DNA of 64,000 nucleotides from a bacterium (GCA_965203325.1 OZ241875.1:2880001-2944000), one strand, 5' to 3'; shown: positions 51,581 to 62,592, counted from the first letter of the stretch. Made by a program: numbers and translations. The notes: generated by a model not told the origin, from the sequence alone.

Positions 51581-51772
51581 CCTCTTACCATAGGGAGGAG
51601 GTTTCCTCGCATCAAGTCCCGCATCAAGGATGCAAGGCGTTTTCATGTTGACGCCTGAGATTGCGCGTTTTAGAATCCCGGCTTCCTGATAAGGGCATGG
51701 AAACGCTTGCCTTTCCGGGAAATGAGCCGATAGGGAACAACCCTTGGTTGTCCGTTGGTTGCTCCACATACT

Positions 51773-51848
<76 letters not shown>

Positions 51849-51866
51849 GAAACGCCCTCGTTCACG

Positions 51867-52430
51867 TCAATCTGCGGCCGTGATTCCCCCGAGTTCGATG
51901 TTTTCGCCGTTCAGTTCAACCGTGCTCGTGAGCGGCACCGCCGTCTGAACCATCTGCTCGGCATAGCAGCCCTGTTTCGCCAACCGGATGATGTTCAGGA
52001 TTTTCTCTTCCGAATCGCTCGATTCGACTTTGAAATGGGTGCGTACCCTTCGGCATCCCGAGTTCACGTCGCCTTTCAGGACGGAACCTTTCAGGAAATA
52101 ATCGAATTCCACGCGGCAGGCGGCCTTCTCGAAGGTCGTTTTCGTCATATGGGCGTACCGCCCAAGCTGGGTCAGCAGTCAGAAGCCGACCCCCATGGCG
52201 ATATACGTGAGAGGTTGCGGATACCTGTCCTCCCCACCGATGCGGGGCGGCTCGTCGCTGAACACCTCGAAATGCCGGAATCGCCCGATTTTGAGCTGCC
52301 CGTCGTCCATCGTCTCCGTCTCCGCGAGCATGGTGATCTCGTAACCGTCTTTGGGTAGTTCTGGCTTGTCGATCGGCCGCTCGCCGGGCACGGTGCTCTC
52401 ATGCCAGGGATAATTGATGCTCTCCACCAT
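51867..52430 (-). CDS. OsmC-like protein, probable selenoprotein (UGA read as Sec)
   Basis: Two track ORFs join in frame across TGA 52181-52179: SDEPPRIGGED...MGVGF-U-LLTQLGRYA...GCYAE; GGAGG RBS; hairpin just downstream of the UGA. Confidence 0.82.
52150..52164 (-). promoter_or_regulatory. Candidate bacterial SECIS hairpin
   Basis: UGGGCG-GUA-CGCCCA, beginning 14 nt 3' of the UGA, with G in the apical loop. Confidence 0.6.
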
Positions 52431-52497
52431 GTTTGTCTGTCCTCCCGGGTTTGGATGCGAATGGTTCCATTCACGCAAATGATTGTTTGCAGGGGCG

Positions 52498-53169
52498 TTA
52501 CTCCCATTTCAGCACGCCGATGTAACCCTCCTGCGGAATCCGGACGAGCGGTTCCAGGCCTTCCTCTTTCTTGTGCATCTGGATGGTGTTGAGGTGTGCG
52601 TACGCCTCCCAGAGGATGTGGCGGAACGTGTATTCGAGGTTGAAGTGAAACAGTTCCGTATCTTCGGGGTCGATCCACACGCCGGTGCGGTGGGCTTTCA
52701 GGGTGACGTTTTCGCGCCACCTGCGCACGTCCTCGCCGGTTCCGGGCCGTACCATGCCTTGCGGCACGCGCTCGGTGATGTTTCTCCCGTCGCGGATGGA
52801 TTCGCCCGTCTCGGCTCCCAGCACCTCCCAGGCGAGGCCGAACGAGTCCCGCATGACGCCGATAAGGTCTTGAATTTTCGGGCAATACGCGTCCTTCATC
52901 ATCCGCCCGTCGAAGCGGGTGAGGAGCGCCTCATCGCGCGGGAGGTCGTCTCCGAAGAGGATCGCCCCCCAGCGGACCAGCAGCCACCGATAGGGCAGGG
53001 AAGCCACGTGGCTCACCTGATCGCGGATCGACCAGGCGCCCCAGCCCTTCTCCTCCCTCGTTCTGCGCAAGACCGCCTCGGAGAGGCCTTCCGTCTCTGC
53101 CTCATATAAATCAGCGACTTGGCGGATTTCAGGGAAAAGCGCGCGCGCTGGATTCTCTCGTTCCTGCAT
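52498..53169 (-). CDS. DinB/YfiT-like protein
   Basis: WSIRDQVSH and RHILWEAYAHL helical motifs; GGAGG RBS. Confidence 0.65.
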   Translation of the reverse strand: MQERENPARALFPEIRQVADLYEAETEGLSEAVLRRTREEKGWGAWSIRDQVSHVASLPYRWLLVRWGAILFGDDLPRDEALLTRFDGRMMKDAYCPKIQDLIGVMRDSFGLAWEVLGAETGESIRDGRNITERVPQGMVRPGTGEDVRRWRENVTLKAHRTGVWIDPEDTELFHFNLEYTFRHILWEAYAHLNTIQMHKKEEGLEPLVRIPQEGYIGVLKWE

Positions 53170-53194
53170 CTTATGGATTCCTCCGGTCGAACGT

Positions 53195-53362
53195 GCAATT
53201 CCCCGCATTTCCGCGCATTTGCCGTTATCGCGGGAGTGGCGGGCCATGGCAGTATTCCCCTGCGCCCCGGTTCGCCGGCGCCATCTCCCGGAAAATAAAT
53301 TTTCAGTTTTTTATCGAATTACCCCGTTAATTTATCGAATTTTCTCGTATTTTTCAGAAATT
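53195..53362 (-). repeat. Inverted repeat copy C, upstream of the DinB-like gene
   Basis: Reverse complement aligns by eye to 49367-49535; contains TTTATCGAATT twice, 21 bp apart. Confidence 0.85.
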
Positions 53363-53518
53363 CATTTTTCCCGTTCGATTTCTTCCCGAAGCGCCACCAT
53401 ACCCGACCCGGGACTTCGCCGCCACGCGCAAATGCGGGCTAATGCGCCATCCGCCCCCGTCGGACGCGGGAGGGCGGGGCCCGAACCAGGCCGTCTTCCC
53501 GGAGTCCCGAATGCGGTT

Positions 53519-54265
53519 TCAGCCGCCGAACGCGCGGGCGGCGAGGTAGGCGCCCAGCGCGAGGAGGGAGAGGAAGAAGATTCTGCGGAACAGCCCCTCG
53601 GAGAGCCTCTTCCGGATGCGCTGCCCGGCGGCCATCCCCGCCGTCGCGGGCGCGAGCGCCAGGGTGGAGAGCGCGCCGTGCTCGAGCCGCAGCAGGTCGT
53701 TCGCCTGGAGCGAGAAGGCAAGCGCGAGCGTCGAAACCGTGAAGAGCATCCCCATCGCCTGGATGAGCGCGTCCCGCGGGAGGCCGAGCGCCTGTAAGTA
53801 CATCACCCCCGGCACGACGAACGAACCCGTCATACCCGTCAGGACGCCGTTCACGAGCCCGGCCAGCGGGCCCGCCCACTTCTCGCGGTGCGCTTCGACG
53901 CGGAACCCGAGCCCGAGCAGGTTCGCGGCGGCGTAGGCCGCGAGCAGCAGACCGAGGAGTGCGGAGAGCAGCGCGAAGTCGACGCGCGTCAGCGCGGACG
54001 CTCCGAGCCGCACGGTGACCGCCGCCACCAGCAGGAAGGGCCATATCCGGCGCAGGAGGTCCCGTCCGTGGCCGCCGACGGCCCCCTGCCAGACGTTGGT
54101 CACGAACGATGGGACCAGGAGCAGGGCCATCGCGGTCGGCAGGTCGATCGCCACCGCCAGGACGGCGAGGCTGACCGTCGGGAGACCCAGGCCGATGACT
54201 CCCTTGACCGCGCCCGCGAGCAGGAAGGTCCCGGCGATTACGAGGATGGTGCCGGCGTCGAACAT
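53519..54265 (-). CDS. Sulfite exporter TauE/SafE family protein
   Basis: AGAVKGVIGLG, GLVNGVLTGMTG; about 8 TM segments; AAGGAAGG RBS. Confidence 0.88.
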   Translation of the reverse strand: MFDAGTILVIAGTFLLAGAVKGVIGLGLPTVSLAVLAVAIDLPTAMALLLVPSFVTNVWQGAVGGHGRDLLRRIWPFLLVAAVTVRLGASALTRVDFALLSALLGLLLAAYAAANLLGLGFRVEAHREKWAGPLAGLVNGVLTGMTGSFVVPGVMYLQALGLPRDALIQAMGMLFTVSTLALAFSLQANDLLRLEHGALSTLALAPATAGMAAGQRIRKRLSEGLFRRIFFLSLLALGAYLAARAFGG

Positions 54266-54641
54266 CGGGTCCTTCCTTTAGGTCGTTCGCAGAGTTGCCT
54301 GGAGCGGTGCGTTCTCCCCGTCGGATAATGGTTTCACCGTCTCAGTATCGCACGGCCGACGCGGCGGCGCTCCTCTTGCGCGGTTACGATTTTCGGGAGT
54401 ATGATCCGCCTCAACACGAGGTACAGGCCCGAAAAAACAGGTGGAAACGGAAGGCCCAGACACTGGCGCGACCGCAGCCGGTGAGACCGTTTTTCCCTTC
54501 GGCTCGTCCATCCGACGAGCGTTTCCCCACGATACATTTGAACGCATGTCCTCGTTCACGGCGCGAGCCGAGCCATAGGCTCCGATTCGATGAGGACAAA
54601 TACGACATGGCAACTCTCCGGTCACATCAGGGACGTTCGCC

Positions 54642-57600
54642 ATGAAGGCGGAGGGCGCGCCGGCTTCAGGTCGGAACGATTCCTTTCGGCCCCGCTGCCT
54701 GTCGGTGGACCTGGAGGTCAGCAGGAATGGCGTTATCCACGCCTTGGGCGCGGTGCGCTCGGACACCGGCGAGAGCCTGACGCATTCCGGCGGCGGCCTG
54801 ACGGCTGCACTGGCGAAACTCGACGAGCTCGCCGAGGGGGCGTTGTTCATCCTGGGCCACAACCTGATCGCCTTCGACCTGCCGCATCTCATGGCGGCGA
54901 AACCCGATCTGCGGCTGTTGAAGCTGCCGATGGTGGATACGCTGCGCCTCAGCCCCCTCGCCTTTCCCCGCAATCCCTATCATCATCTTGTCAAGCACTA
55001 CCAGGACGGCGGTCTCAAGCGCGGGCGAGTCAACGACCCCGAACTCGACGCCCGCCTCGCGCTGGAGGTCTTCGGCGATCAAGTGAAAGAGCTGCGGAAG
55101 GCGCATCCGGATCTGCTGGTGGCATGGCACTGGCTGACCACACCGGAGCCCGATGGCGCGGACCGCGCCCTGGACGATCTGTTTTCCGGGTTTCGCCGCT
55201 CGCGCCGCCCCTCTGACGCCGAAGCGCGCGCGGCGATAGGCCAGCGGCTCGAAGGCGTTGCCTGCGCGACTTGGGGGCGTGAGATACTGGCGAAAGCAGC
55301 CAGTTTCGGATGGCCGCTTGCCTACGTGCTGGCGTGGCTTTCGGTGGCCGGCGACAACTCGGGCTCGGTCATGCCGCCTTGGGTGCGCCACCAGTTCCCG
55401 GAAGCGGGCGAGCTGGTGCGCCGTCTCCGGGACACCGCATGCGCCGATCCCGCCTGCGTCTGGTGCCGCGAGATGCACGACGCCCGCAAGGAGCTTGCGC
55501 GCCGGTTCGGTCCCAAGATCAAGAATTTTCGGCCGAAGCCGGCGGTCGACGATGGACGTCCCATGCAGCGCGCCATCGTCGAGGCGGCGATGGCGGGGGA
55601 GCACGTCCTCGGCATCCTGCCCACGGGAACCGGCAAGTCGATCTGCTACCAGGTTCCCGCGCTCTCGCGCTACGAGAAGACGGGCACGCTCACGGTGGTC
55701 ATCTCGCCCCTGGTCGCGCTGATGAAAGATCAGGTGGACGGGCTGGAAAAGAAAAAGCGCGGCGTCGGCTGCTGCGTGACCATCAACGGGCTGCTGTCGA
55801 TGCCCGAACGGGCGAACGCGCTCGACCAGGTGCGGCTGGGGGAGGCGGCCATCCTGATAATCTCGCCCGAGCAGCTCCGCTCCCGCTCCCTCCGCCGGGC
55901 GATCGACCAGCGCGAGATCGGCGGCTGGGTGGTGGACGAGGCCCACTGCGTGTCGCAGTGGGGTCACGACTTCCGTCCCGACTACCGTTACGTGGGCCGA
56001 TTCATCCGGGAGAAGGCGGGCGAAGGGTCGGTTCCTCCCGTGCTGTGCCTGACCGCCACCGCCAGGCCCGGCGTCGTCGAGGACGTCAAGCGGCAGTTCC
56101 GGGAGAAGGTCGGGGTCGAGCTCGATGTGTTCGACGGCGGCGCAGAGAGGCCCAACCTGACGTTCGAGGTCATCCCGACCACGGGGGGCGAGAAGTTCGC
56201 CCACGTCCAACAGGTGCTGGAGTCGCACCTGCCGTCCGATGCGCCCGGCGGCGCCATCGTCTATTGCGCGACGCGGCGGGGCAGCGAGGATATCGCCGAA
56301 TTCCTGAAACAGAAAGGCTTGGCGGCGGAGCATTTCCACGCGGGCCTCTCGCCGGAGATCAAGAAGGACGCGCAACAGCGCTTCATCGAGGGCGAGCTGC
56401 GCGTCATCGCGGCGACCAACGCCTTCGGCATGGGGATCGACAAGCCGGACGTGCGCCTGGTCGTCCACGCCGACATACCGGGGTCGCTAGAGAACTATTT
56501 CCAAGAGGCGGGCCGCGCCGGGCGGGATGGGGCGCCGGCGCGGTGCGTGTTGCTCTACACGGCGGAAGACGTGGAAAACAGGTTTGGCATGTCGGCGCGT
56601 TCGCGTCTTACCCGGCGGGAGATACACGGCATTCTCCGGGCCTTGCGCAGCCTGGACCGCAAGAAACGCTCCGGCGGCGAAGTGGTGGCCACGGAGGGCG
56701 AGATACTGGGGGAGGACGAGGAGAACGCGTTCGAGCGCGACTCGGCCACCGACGACACGCGGGTGCGCACCGCCGTCGCATGGCTGGAGGAATCCGAACT
56801 TCTGGCCCGAGAGGAGAACGTGGTGCATGTGTTCCCCTCCTCGCTCCGGGTGGGTTCGGTAGAAGAGGCCAAAGAACGGCTTGCGAAAGCGAACATTACC
56901 CAAGCCTATCGCGGCCAGTTGCTGCGCATCGTCGAAGCGCTTATTGACGCTCCCCCGGACGATGGCGTCAGCACCGACGAATTGATGGGGGTCTCGGGGT
57001 TGAGTTCCGAGGGCGTGCGGGGCGCATTGCACGATCTGGAGCGGCTGGGCATCGCCAGCAACGACACCGCGCTCACCGCGTTCGTCCATGCCGGCGTGGA
57101 GCGCCATTCCCAAAAGCGCCTCGAAGAAGCGGTGGCGTTGGAGGCCGCTCTGATCAGGCACATGCGCGAGGCGGCGCCGGATATGAGGAAGGGAGAGGCG
57201 TGGACGCTGCATCTGCGCATCGCCGCCCAGAAGCTGAGGGATGAGGGCTTGCCCGACCCGCTGCCGGAACGGCTCTGGCGCATCCTCCGAGGTATCGCCC
57301 GGGACGGCCGCGGCGAGGACGGCGCGGGCGGGAGCCTGACGGTGCGGAAACGGGACGCGGAGACGGCGCAGGTGACGCTGCGGCGGGAATGGGGAGACTT
57401 GGAGGAGACGGCGGAACTCAGGCGCGCGGCGGCCTCACGGCTGCTGGAGCATCTGCTCGCCTGCCTGCCGCCGGGGAGCCGCGGCGTGGATCTGCTGGCG
57501 GCAACCACGCTCGGCAAGCTGTTGGAGGCGATCCAGTCCGACCTGATCCTGAAGAGCAGGGCCCGCCACCCCGACAAACTCCTGGACCGCGCCCTGCTGT

Positions 57601-59798
57601 GGCTGCACGAGATGGAGGCCATCCGCCTGAACAAGGGCCTCGCCGTGTTCCGACGCGCCATGACCATCCGCCTGGAAAACCGGCAGCGGCGCGGCTTCAC
57701 GAACGCGGATTTCGAGCCCTTGGCCCATCATTACAAGGGACAGACCCTCCACGTCCACGTGATGGCGGAGTTCGCCGAGCGCGGCCGCGACGCCATACGC
57801 GATGCGGAGCGTCTGGCGATGGACTACTTCACGCTGAAAGAGGAGGCGTTTCTCGCACGCTGGCTGCCGGGCCGGGACAGGGAGATCGGACGCCAGACCA
57901 CGCCCGCATCGTGGCGGGCCATCGTTGAGAGCCTGAAGAACCCCCACCAGCAGCGCATCGTCGCGGACGACCGGGAGCAGACGAACGTGCTGGTGCTCGC
58001 GGGTCCCGGATCGGGCAAGACCCGGGTGCTGGTGCACCGCCTCGCCTGGCTGATCCGCGTGAGGCGGGAGAACCCCCGCAGCATCCTGGCCCTGGCCTAC
58101 AACCGCCATGCGGCGGTCGAGATACGCCGCCGTCTTAAAGAGTTGATCGGCGACGACGCCCGAGGCGTGACCGTCCTCACCTGCCACGCCTTGGCGATGC
58201 GCCTGGCCGGGTTCAGTTTCCTGAACCGGGCGGAACGCCCTGACGAGGAGGTGTTCAAGGAGATGCTCCGCCGCGCCGCGGAATTGCTGCGCGGAGAAGG
58301 CCTGCCGCCCGAGGAAGCGGACGAGCAGCGCGAGCGATTGCTGGCGGGCTTCCGCTGGATACTGGTGGACGAATATCAGGACGTCGGGAAAGAAGAGTAC
58401 GCGTTGATCTCGGCCCTGGCCGGGCGGACGCTCGCGGATGAGGACGGCAAGCTCACCCTGTTCGCGGTCGGCGACGACGACCAGAACATCTACGCCTTCA
58501 CCGGCGCCTCGGTGGAATTCATCCGCCGCTTCGAGGAGGACTATAAAGCCCGCCCCACCTATCTCACGGCGAACTACCGTTCCACGGCCCACGTCGTGGC
58601 GGCGGCCAACGCGGTGATCGAACAGGCCCGCGAACGAATGAAAGCCGCCCACCCCATCCATGTCGACCGCGCGCGCCAGAATGACCCGCCGGGCGGGGCG
58701 TGGGAAAAGCGGGACCCGGTCTCGCGGGGCCGGGTGCAGATACTGCCTGCGGGCCGCGACCCGATCCATCAGGCGCGGGCCGTCATGGCGGAGTTGCTGC
58801 GTCTTGCGTCGGTTGCGCGGGAGGATTGGGACTGGTCGCGCTGCTCGGTGCTCGCGCGCGAGTGGAAGTATCTATTCCCCATGCGCGCTTTCTGCGAAGC
58901 GAAGGGCGTTCCGGTTCAGATGGGGGACGAGGAGATTCCGGGCTTCTGGCATCTGCGGGAGACCCGTGCATTCCTCGAATGGCTGCGCGGGCGCAGACCC
59001 CGCGTGGTCGACGGGGCGGCTCTCGCCGGTTGGGCAGAAGCGCGCCCGCCCGGTGCTTGGAACGACCTTCTTCGCCAGGCGGTCGAGGAGCACGCGCTCG
59101 AAACCGGCGGAGCGGAGACGCCGGTGGATCATTTTTTCGAATGGCTGGCGGAGTGGGGCCGGGAGGTGCGCAGGCGGCAGCGTGGCCTCCTGTTATCGAC
59201 CGCCCATGGCGCCAAGGGGCTGGAGTTCGACCACGTGGCCGTGCTGGACGGCGGCTGGAGCCGCGTCGGGCAAAACGAGGATGAAGACGCGCCGCGCCGT
59301 CTATACTACGTGGCCATGACGCGCGCCCGGCATACCCTGACGCTTGCGCGTTTCGAAGACGCCAACGGGTTCCCGGATGAATTGGCGGGTCATCCCGCCG
59401 TCATACGCCGCGAGCCAGCCGATCTTCCGCCGCCCTCTGCGGAACTCGGATATCACTACGTCCGCCCGAGTCTTAAGGAAGTGGACCTGGGCTTCGCCGG
59501 ACGGCGGGCTGCCCGCGATCCGGTTCACCGCGCCATCGCCGGACTCTCGGCGGGCGATCCGCTCGAGACGCGCATCACGGCTCAGGGGCGCTGGGAGTTG
59601 TTGGACAAGACGGGTGGGGTGGTGGGACGCCTCGCCGCTTCTTTCCAGTCGCCGCCCGAAACCCGTTGCCGCTCCGCCGAAGTATGGGCCGTCACCGGGT
59701 GGAGCCGTGAAGCCTCGAAACCCGAGTATCACGACTCCATACGATGCGACGCCTGGGAAGTGATCGTGCCGGAACTCGTATTCGAGCCGGTTCGTTAG
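54642..59798 (+). CDS. Fusion of DnaQ-like exonuclease, RecQ-type SF2 helicase and UvrD/Rep-type SF1 helicase
   Basis: VDLE...GHNLIAFD; PTGTGKS, DEAH, QWGHDFRPDY, QEAGRAGRDG; AGPGSGKT, DEYQD, VGDDDQ, NYRS, YVAMTRAR. Confidence 0.9.
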   Translation: MKAEGAPASGRNDSFRPRCLSVDLEVSRNGVIHALGAVRSDTGESLTHSGGGLTAALAKLDELAEGALFILGHNLIAFDLPHLMAAKPDLRLLKLPMVDTLRLSPLAFPRNPYHHLVKHYQDGGLKRGRVNDPELDARLALEVFGDQVKELRKAHPDLLVAWHWLTTPEPDGADRALDDLFSGFRRSRRPSDAEARAAIGQRLEGVACATWGREILAKAASFGWPLAYVLAWLSVAGDNSGSVMPPWVRHQFPEAGELVRRLRDTACADPACVWCREMHDARKELARRFGPKIKNFRPKPAVDDGRPMQRAIVEAAMAGEHVLGILPTGTGKSICYQVPALSRYEKTGTLTVVISPLVALMKDQVDGLEKKKRGVGCCVTINGLLSMPERANALDQVRLGEAAILIISPEQLRSRSLRRAIDQREIGGWVVDEAHCVSQWGHDFRPDYRYVGRFIREKAGEGSVPPVLCLTATARPGVVEDVKRQFREKVGVELDVFDGGAERPNLTFEVIPTTGGEKFAHVQQVLESHLPSDAPGGAIVYCATRRGSEDIAEFLKQKGLAAEHFHAGLSPEIKKDAQQRFIEGELRVIAATNAFGMGIDKPDVRLVVHADIPGSLENYFQEAGRAGRDGAPARCVLLYTAEDVENRFGMSARSRLTRREIHGILRALRSLDRKKRSGGEVVATEGEILGEDEENAFERDSATDDTRVRTAVAWLEESELLAREENVVHVFPSSLRVGSVEEAKERLAKANITQAYRGQLLRIVEALIDAPPDDGVSTDELMGVSGLSSEGVRGALHDLERLGIASNDTALTAFVHAGVERHSQKRLEEAVALEAALIRHMREAAPDMRKGEAWTLHLRIAAQKLRDEGLPDPLPERLWRILRGIARDGRGEDGAGGSLTVRKRDAETAQVTLRREWGDLEETAELRRAAASRLLEHLLACLPPGSRGVDLLAATTLGKLLEAIQSDLILKSRARHPDKLLDRALLWLHEMEAIRLNKGLAVFRRAMTIRLENRQRRGFTNADFEPLAHHYKGQTLHVHVMAEFAERGRDAIRDAERLAMDYFTLKEEAFLARWLPGRDREIGRQTTPASWRAIVESLKNPHQQRIVADDREQTNVLVLAGPGSGKTRVLVHRLAWLIRVRRENPRSILALAYNRHAAVEIRRRLKELIGDDARGVTVLTCHALAMRLAGFSFLNRAERPDEEVFKEMLRRAAELLRGEGLPPEEADEQRERLLAGFRWILVDEYQDVGKEEYALISALAGRTLADEDGKLTLFAVGDDDQNIYAFTGASVEFIRRFEEDYKARPTYLTANYRSTAHVVAAANAVIEQARERMKAAHPIHVDRARQNDPPGGAWEKRDPVSRGRVQILPAGRDPIHQARAVMAELLRLASVAREDWDWSRCSVLAREWKYLFPMRAFCEAKGVPVQMGDEEIPGFWHLRETRAFLEWLRGRRPRVVDGAALAGWAEARPPGAWNDLLRQAVEEHALETGGAETPVDHFFEWLAEWGREVRRRQRGLLLSTAHGAKGLEFDHVAVLDGGWSRVGQNEDEDAPRRLYYVAMTRARHTLTLARFEDANGFPDELAGHPAVIRREPADLPPPSAELGYHYVRPSLKEVDLGFAGRRAARDPVHRAIAGLSAGDPLETRITAQGRWELLDKTGGVVGRLAASFQSPPETRCRSAEVWAVTGWSREASKPEYHDSIRCDAWEVIVPELVFEPVR

Positions 59799-59837
59799 GC
59801 GGCTTTCGCGCGACCCCCGACCTCCCTCTTTGAAACG

Positions 59838-60004
59838 AACCCCCCTACCCCCCTTGTCAGGGGGGTATGAAAAGGCGATGCGTCCCGGCCGGGTCGAGGG
59901 GTTTGCTTTTTTTTGTCCCTCTTGCCAAGGGGTATTGCTTTTACCCTCCCATCAAAGGGGCGTTGTTTTTCTTGCCCCCCTGACAAGGGGGGGTAGGGGG
60001 GGTT
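59838..60004. repeat. MITE-like element with ~28-bp terminal inverted repeats
   Basis: AACCCCCCTACCCCCCTTGTCAGGGGGG ... CCCCCCTGACAAGGGGGGGTAGGGGGGGTT. Confidence 0.8.
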
Positions 60005-60150
60005 GCTCTTTTGGCAAAGGCTTTTCAACGCCCCCTGCTCGCTCGGAATTGCCCCCCCCGATTTCGTGGACAAACGCCGTCCGAGCATGTAGATTGACGC
60101 TCATTCATCGACTTATCATTTCGCGGTTCTCTTCTCATCAGGAGCATGCC

Positions 60151-62445
60151 ATGGCGGAAGCCAAAGACATGGGCGGCGCCGTAGTCGGCGAGTCTCTTCC
60201 CTTTCTGGACGACCCCGAAAAGGCGGCGGGCACAGCGGATTACCTCGACGACCTCCAGCTTCCGGGGATGCTGGTGGGCAAGGCGCTTCGCAGCGAACAC
60301 GCGCACGCCGAGATAGTATCGCTCGACGCGAGCGAGGCGCTGCGCGTCCCCGGCGTCGTCGCCGTACTCACGGGAGACGACCTGGCCGAGCATCCCTGCA
60401 TCACCGCCCACGTGCGGGCCATGCCCGTCATCGCCCACGACAGGGTGCGCTACACGGGCGAGGTGGTCGCGCTCGTCGCGGCGGAGACGCTCGAGGCGGC
60501 CGAGGCGGCGACGCGGCTGATACGGGTCGAATACCGGCCCCTGCCCGTCGTCTCCTGTCCGCGCGAGGCGATGGAAGAGGGCGCGGAAATCATCTTTCCC
60601 GGCGGGAACGTGCTCAACCAGGCGAAGATACGGAAAGGGGATATCGAGGAGGGCTTCGGGAAGGCCGACGTGATCGTCGAGAACGAATACTCCACACCCG
60701 CCGTCGATCACCTCTATCTCGAAGTGGAGGCGGCGTGCGCGAGCCCGAACCCCGGCGGCGGGATCCAGATATGGGGTTCGACCCAGCAGCCCTTCCTGGT
60801 GCGGCAGAACGTCGCCCGGATACTGGGCCTCAGGGGCGAGAGTTCGGTCCGTTTCGTCCAGACGACCACCGGCGGGGCTTTCGGCGGGAAGAGCGAGGCG
60901 AGCCTCGACGTGTGCCTGCGCGCCGCCGTCCTCGCCCGCGCCGCCGGCAGGCCGGTGAAGCTCGTCTATTCGCGCGAGGAGAGCATGATCGCCTCCACCA
61001 AGCGCCACGCGGCGTTCATCCGCTCGAAAACCGGGGCGACGAAGGACGGACGCCTGGTGGCCGTCCAAGTGGAGGTTTGGCTCGACAAGGGGGCGTACGT
61101 GGCCAACGGGGGGGACAACCCGCCCGCGTTCAAGCGCGCGACCTACCATGCCGCGGGCCCCTACCAGGCGCCCAACGCGAAGGTGGACGTCCACTGCGTG
61201 CACACGAACCACCCCTACGGGGGACAGATGCGCGGGCCGGGCTGTCCCCAGGTGCACTTCGCGGGCGAGCAGCAGATGGACGCACTCGCCAGGGCGCTTG
61301 AGATGGACCCCATCGAGATCAGGCGCGTGAACGGGCTCAGGGTCGGCGCCCGGACGGCGTGGAACCAGCACCTGCCCGAGAGCGTCGGTTTTCTCGATAC
61401 GCTGAGCGAGGTGGAGCGGGCCTCTTCCTGGGGAGGCTGTGGAAACGGGAGAGCCGCGGACGGCCGCTTGCGCGGGCGCGGCGTGGCGAGTTGTCTCTAC
61501 GGGACGGGCAACGCCTATTCCCCGGCGGAGGCGCACGTCTTCTTGACGGCAGAGGGCAAGGTGCAGGTGGCTGCAGGCGTCGTGGATTTCGGCCAGGGCA
61601 GCAAGACGGTGCTTTGCCAGATCGCCGCCGAGACGCTGGACATCCCGTATCCTGAGTTCCTGATGGATAGCGTGGACACAGCCATCGACCCCTTCGGCGG
61701 AACGAGTTCGAGTTCGCGCATCACCATGCAGGGCGGAAAGGCGGTCTACAACGCCGCCCTCAAGGCGCGCGAGGAGTTGCTGCGCCTCGGCGGGATCCTG
61801 CTGGAGGCGGACCCCGAAGACCTGGAGCTTCGCGGCGGCGTGGTTCGCTCGCGCTCGCATGAGGAAACGCGGGTCACGCTCGCCGAGATCGCGGGCGCCT
61901 TCGTCGCCGATGAACTCAAGCAGATCGGCGCCGCGGACAGCATCCCGCCGCCCGCCAGGACCGACAAGGAGACCGGCCAGGGCGAGCCTTATGAAATCTA
62001 CGGGTTCGGCAGCCAGGTGGCCGAGGTGCTCGTGGACGAGGAGACGGGCGAGGTGGAGGTGACCGGCGTCTGGGCCGCGCACGACGTGGGCCGGGCCATC
62101 AGCCCCATGGGCGTGGAGCAGCAGATCGAGGGTGGCGTCTACATGGGTATCGGGTTCTGCATGATGGAGGAGGTCGTCCAGCGCGAGGGCCTGATGCAGA
62201 ACCCCGACATGCACGGCTACCTCGCTCCCACGGTCGAAGACGTGCCGGACCGGGTGGCGTCCCTCATCGTGGAGGATGCCTACTCGAACGGCCCTTACGG
62301 GGCGAAGGGCGTCGGCGAGCAGGTGACCGTGCCCACGGCGGCGGCCATCGCCAACGCGATCTACGACGCCACGGGCGTGCGGTTCCACGACCTGCCCCTG
62401 ACGCCGGACAGGGTCGCGATGGCGCTCCTGAAGGCGAGGTCGTGA
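60151..62445 (+). CDS. Xanthine dehydrogenase-family molybdopterin-binding subunit
   Basis: GGAFGGK, MRGPG, FGQG, QQIEGG, GAKGVGE; AGGAG RBS. Confidence 0.93.
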   Translation: MAEAKDMGGAVVGESLPFLDDPEKAAGTADYLDDLQLPGMLVGKALRSEHAHAEIVSLDASEALRVPGVVAVLTGDDLAEHPCITAHVRAMPVIAHDRVRYTGEVVALVAAETLEAAEAATRLIRVEYRPLPVVSCPREAMEEGAEIIFPGGNVLNQAKIRKGDIEEGFGKADVIVENEYSTPAVDHLYLEVEAACASPNPGGGIQIWGSTQQPFLVRQNVARILGLRGESSVRFVQTTTGGAFGGKSEASLDVCLRAAVLARAAGRPVKLVYSREESMIASTKRHAAFIRSKTGATKDGRLVAVQVEVWLDKGAYVANGGDNPPAFKRATYHAAGPYQAPNAKVDVHCVHTNHPYGGQMRGPGCPQVHFAGEQQMDALARALEMDPIEIRRVNGLRVGARTAWNQHLPESVGFLDTLSEVERASSWGGCGNGRAADGRLRGRGVASCLYGTGNAYSPAEAHVFLTAEGKVQVAAGVVDFGQGSKTVLCQIAAETLDIPYPEFLMDSVDTAIDPFGGTSSSSRITMQGGKAVYNAALKAREELLRLGGILLEADPEDLELRGGVVRSRSHEETRVTLAEIAGAFVADELKQIGAADSIPPPARTDKETGQGEPYEIYGFGSQVAEVLVDEETGEVEVTGVWAAHDVGRAISPMGVEQQIEGGVYMGIGFCMMEEVVQREGLMQNPDMHGYLAPTVEDVPDRVASLIVEDAYSNGPYGAKGVGEQVTVPTAAAIANAIYDATGVRFHDLPLTPDRVAMALLKARS

Positions 62446-62592
62446 TTCCGGAACGCGTTGGTCCGTAGGGGTGTCGAACTTCCCCGAGGAGGGGGAGTTC
62501 GAGTGTGCCCGCCCGATTCAAGTAGTTCGGCAATCCGGTTGCAGGGGTCGTTCGCGAACGACTCCTACGGAAACTTGCGGTTCTCGCCCTGA

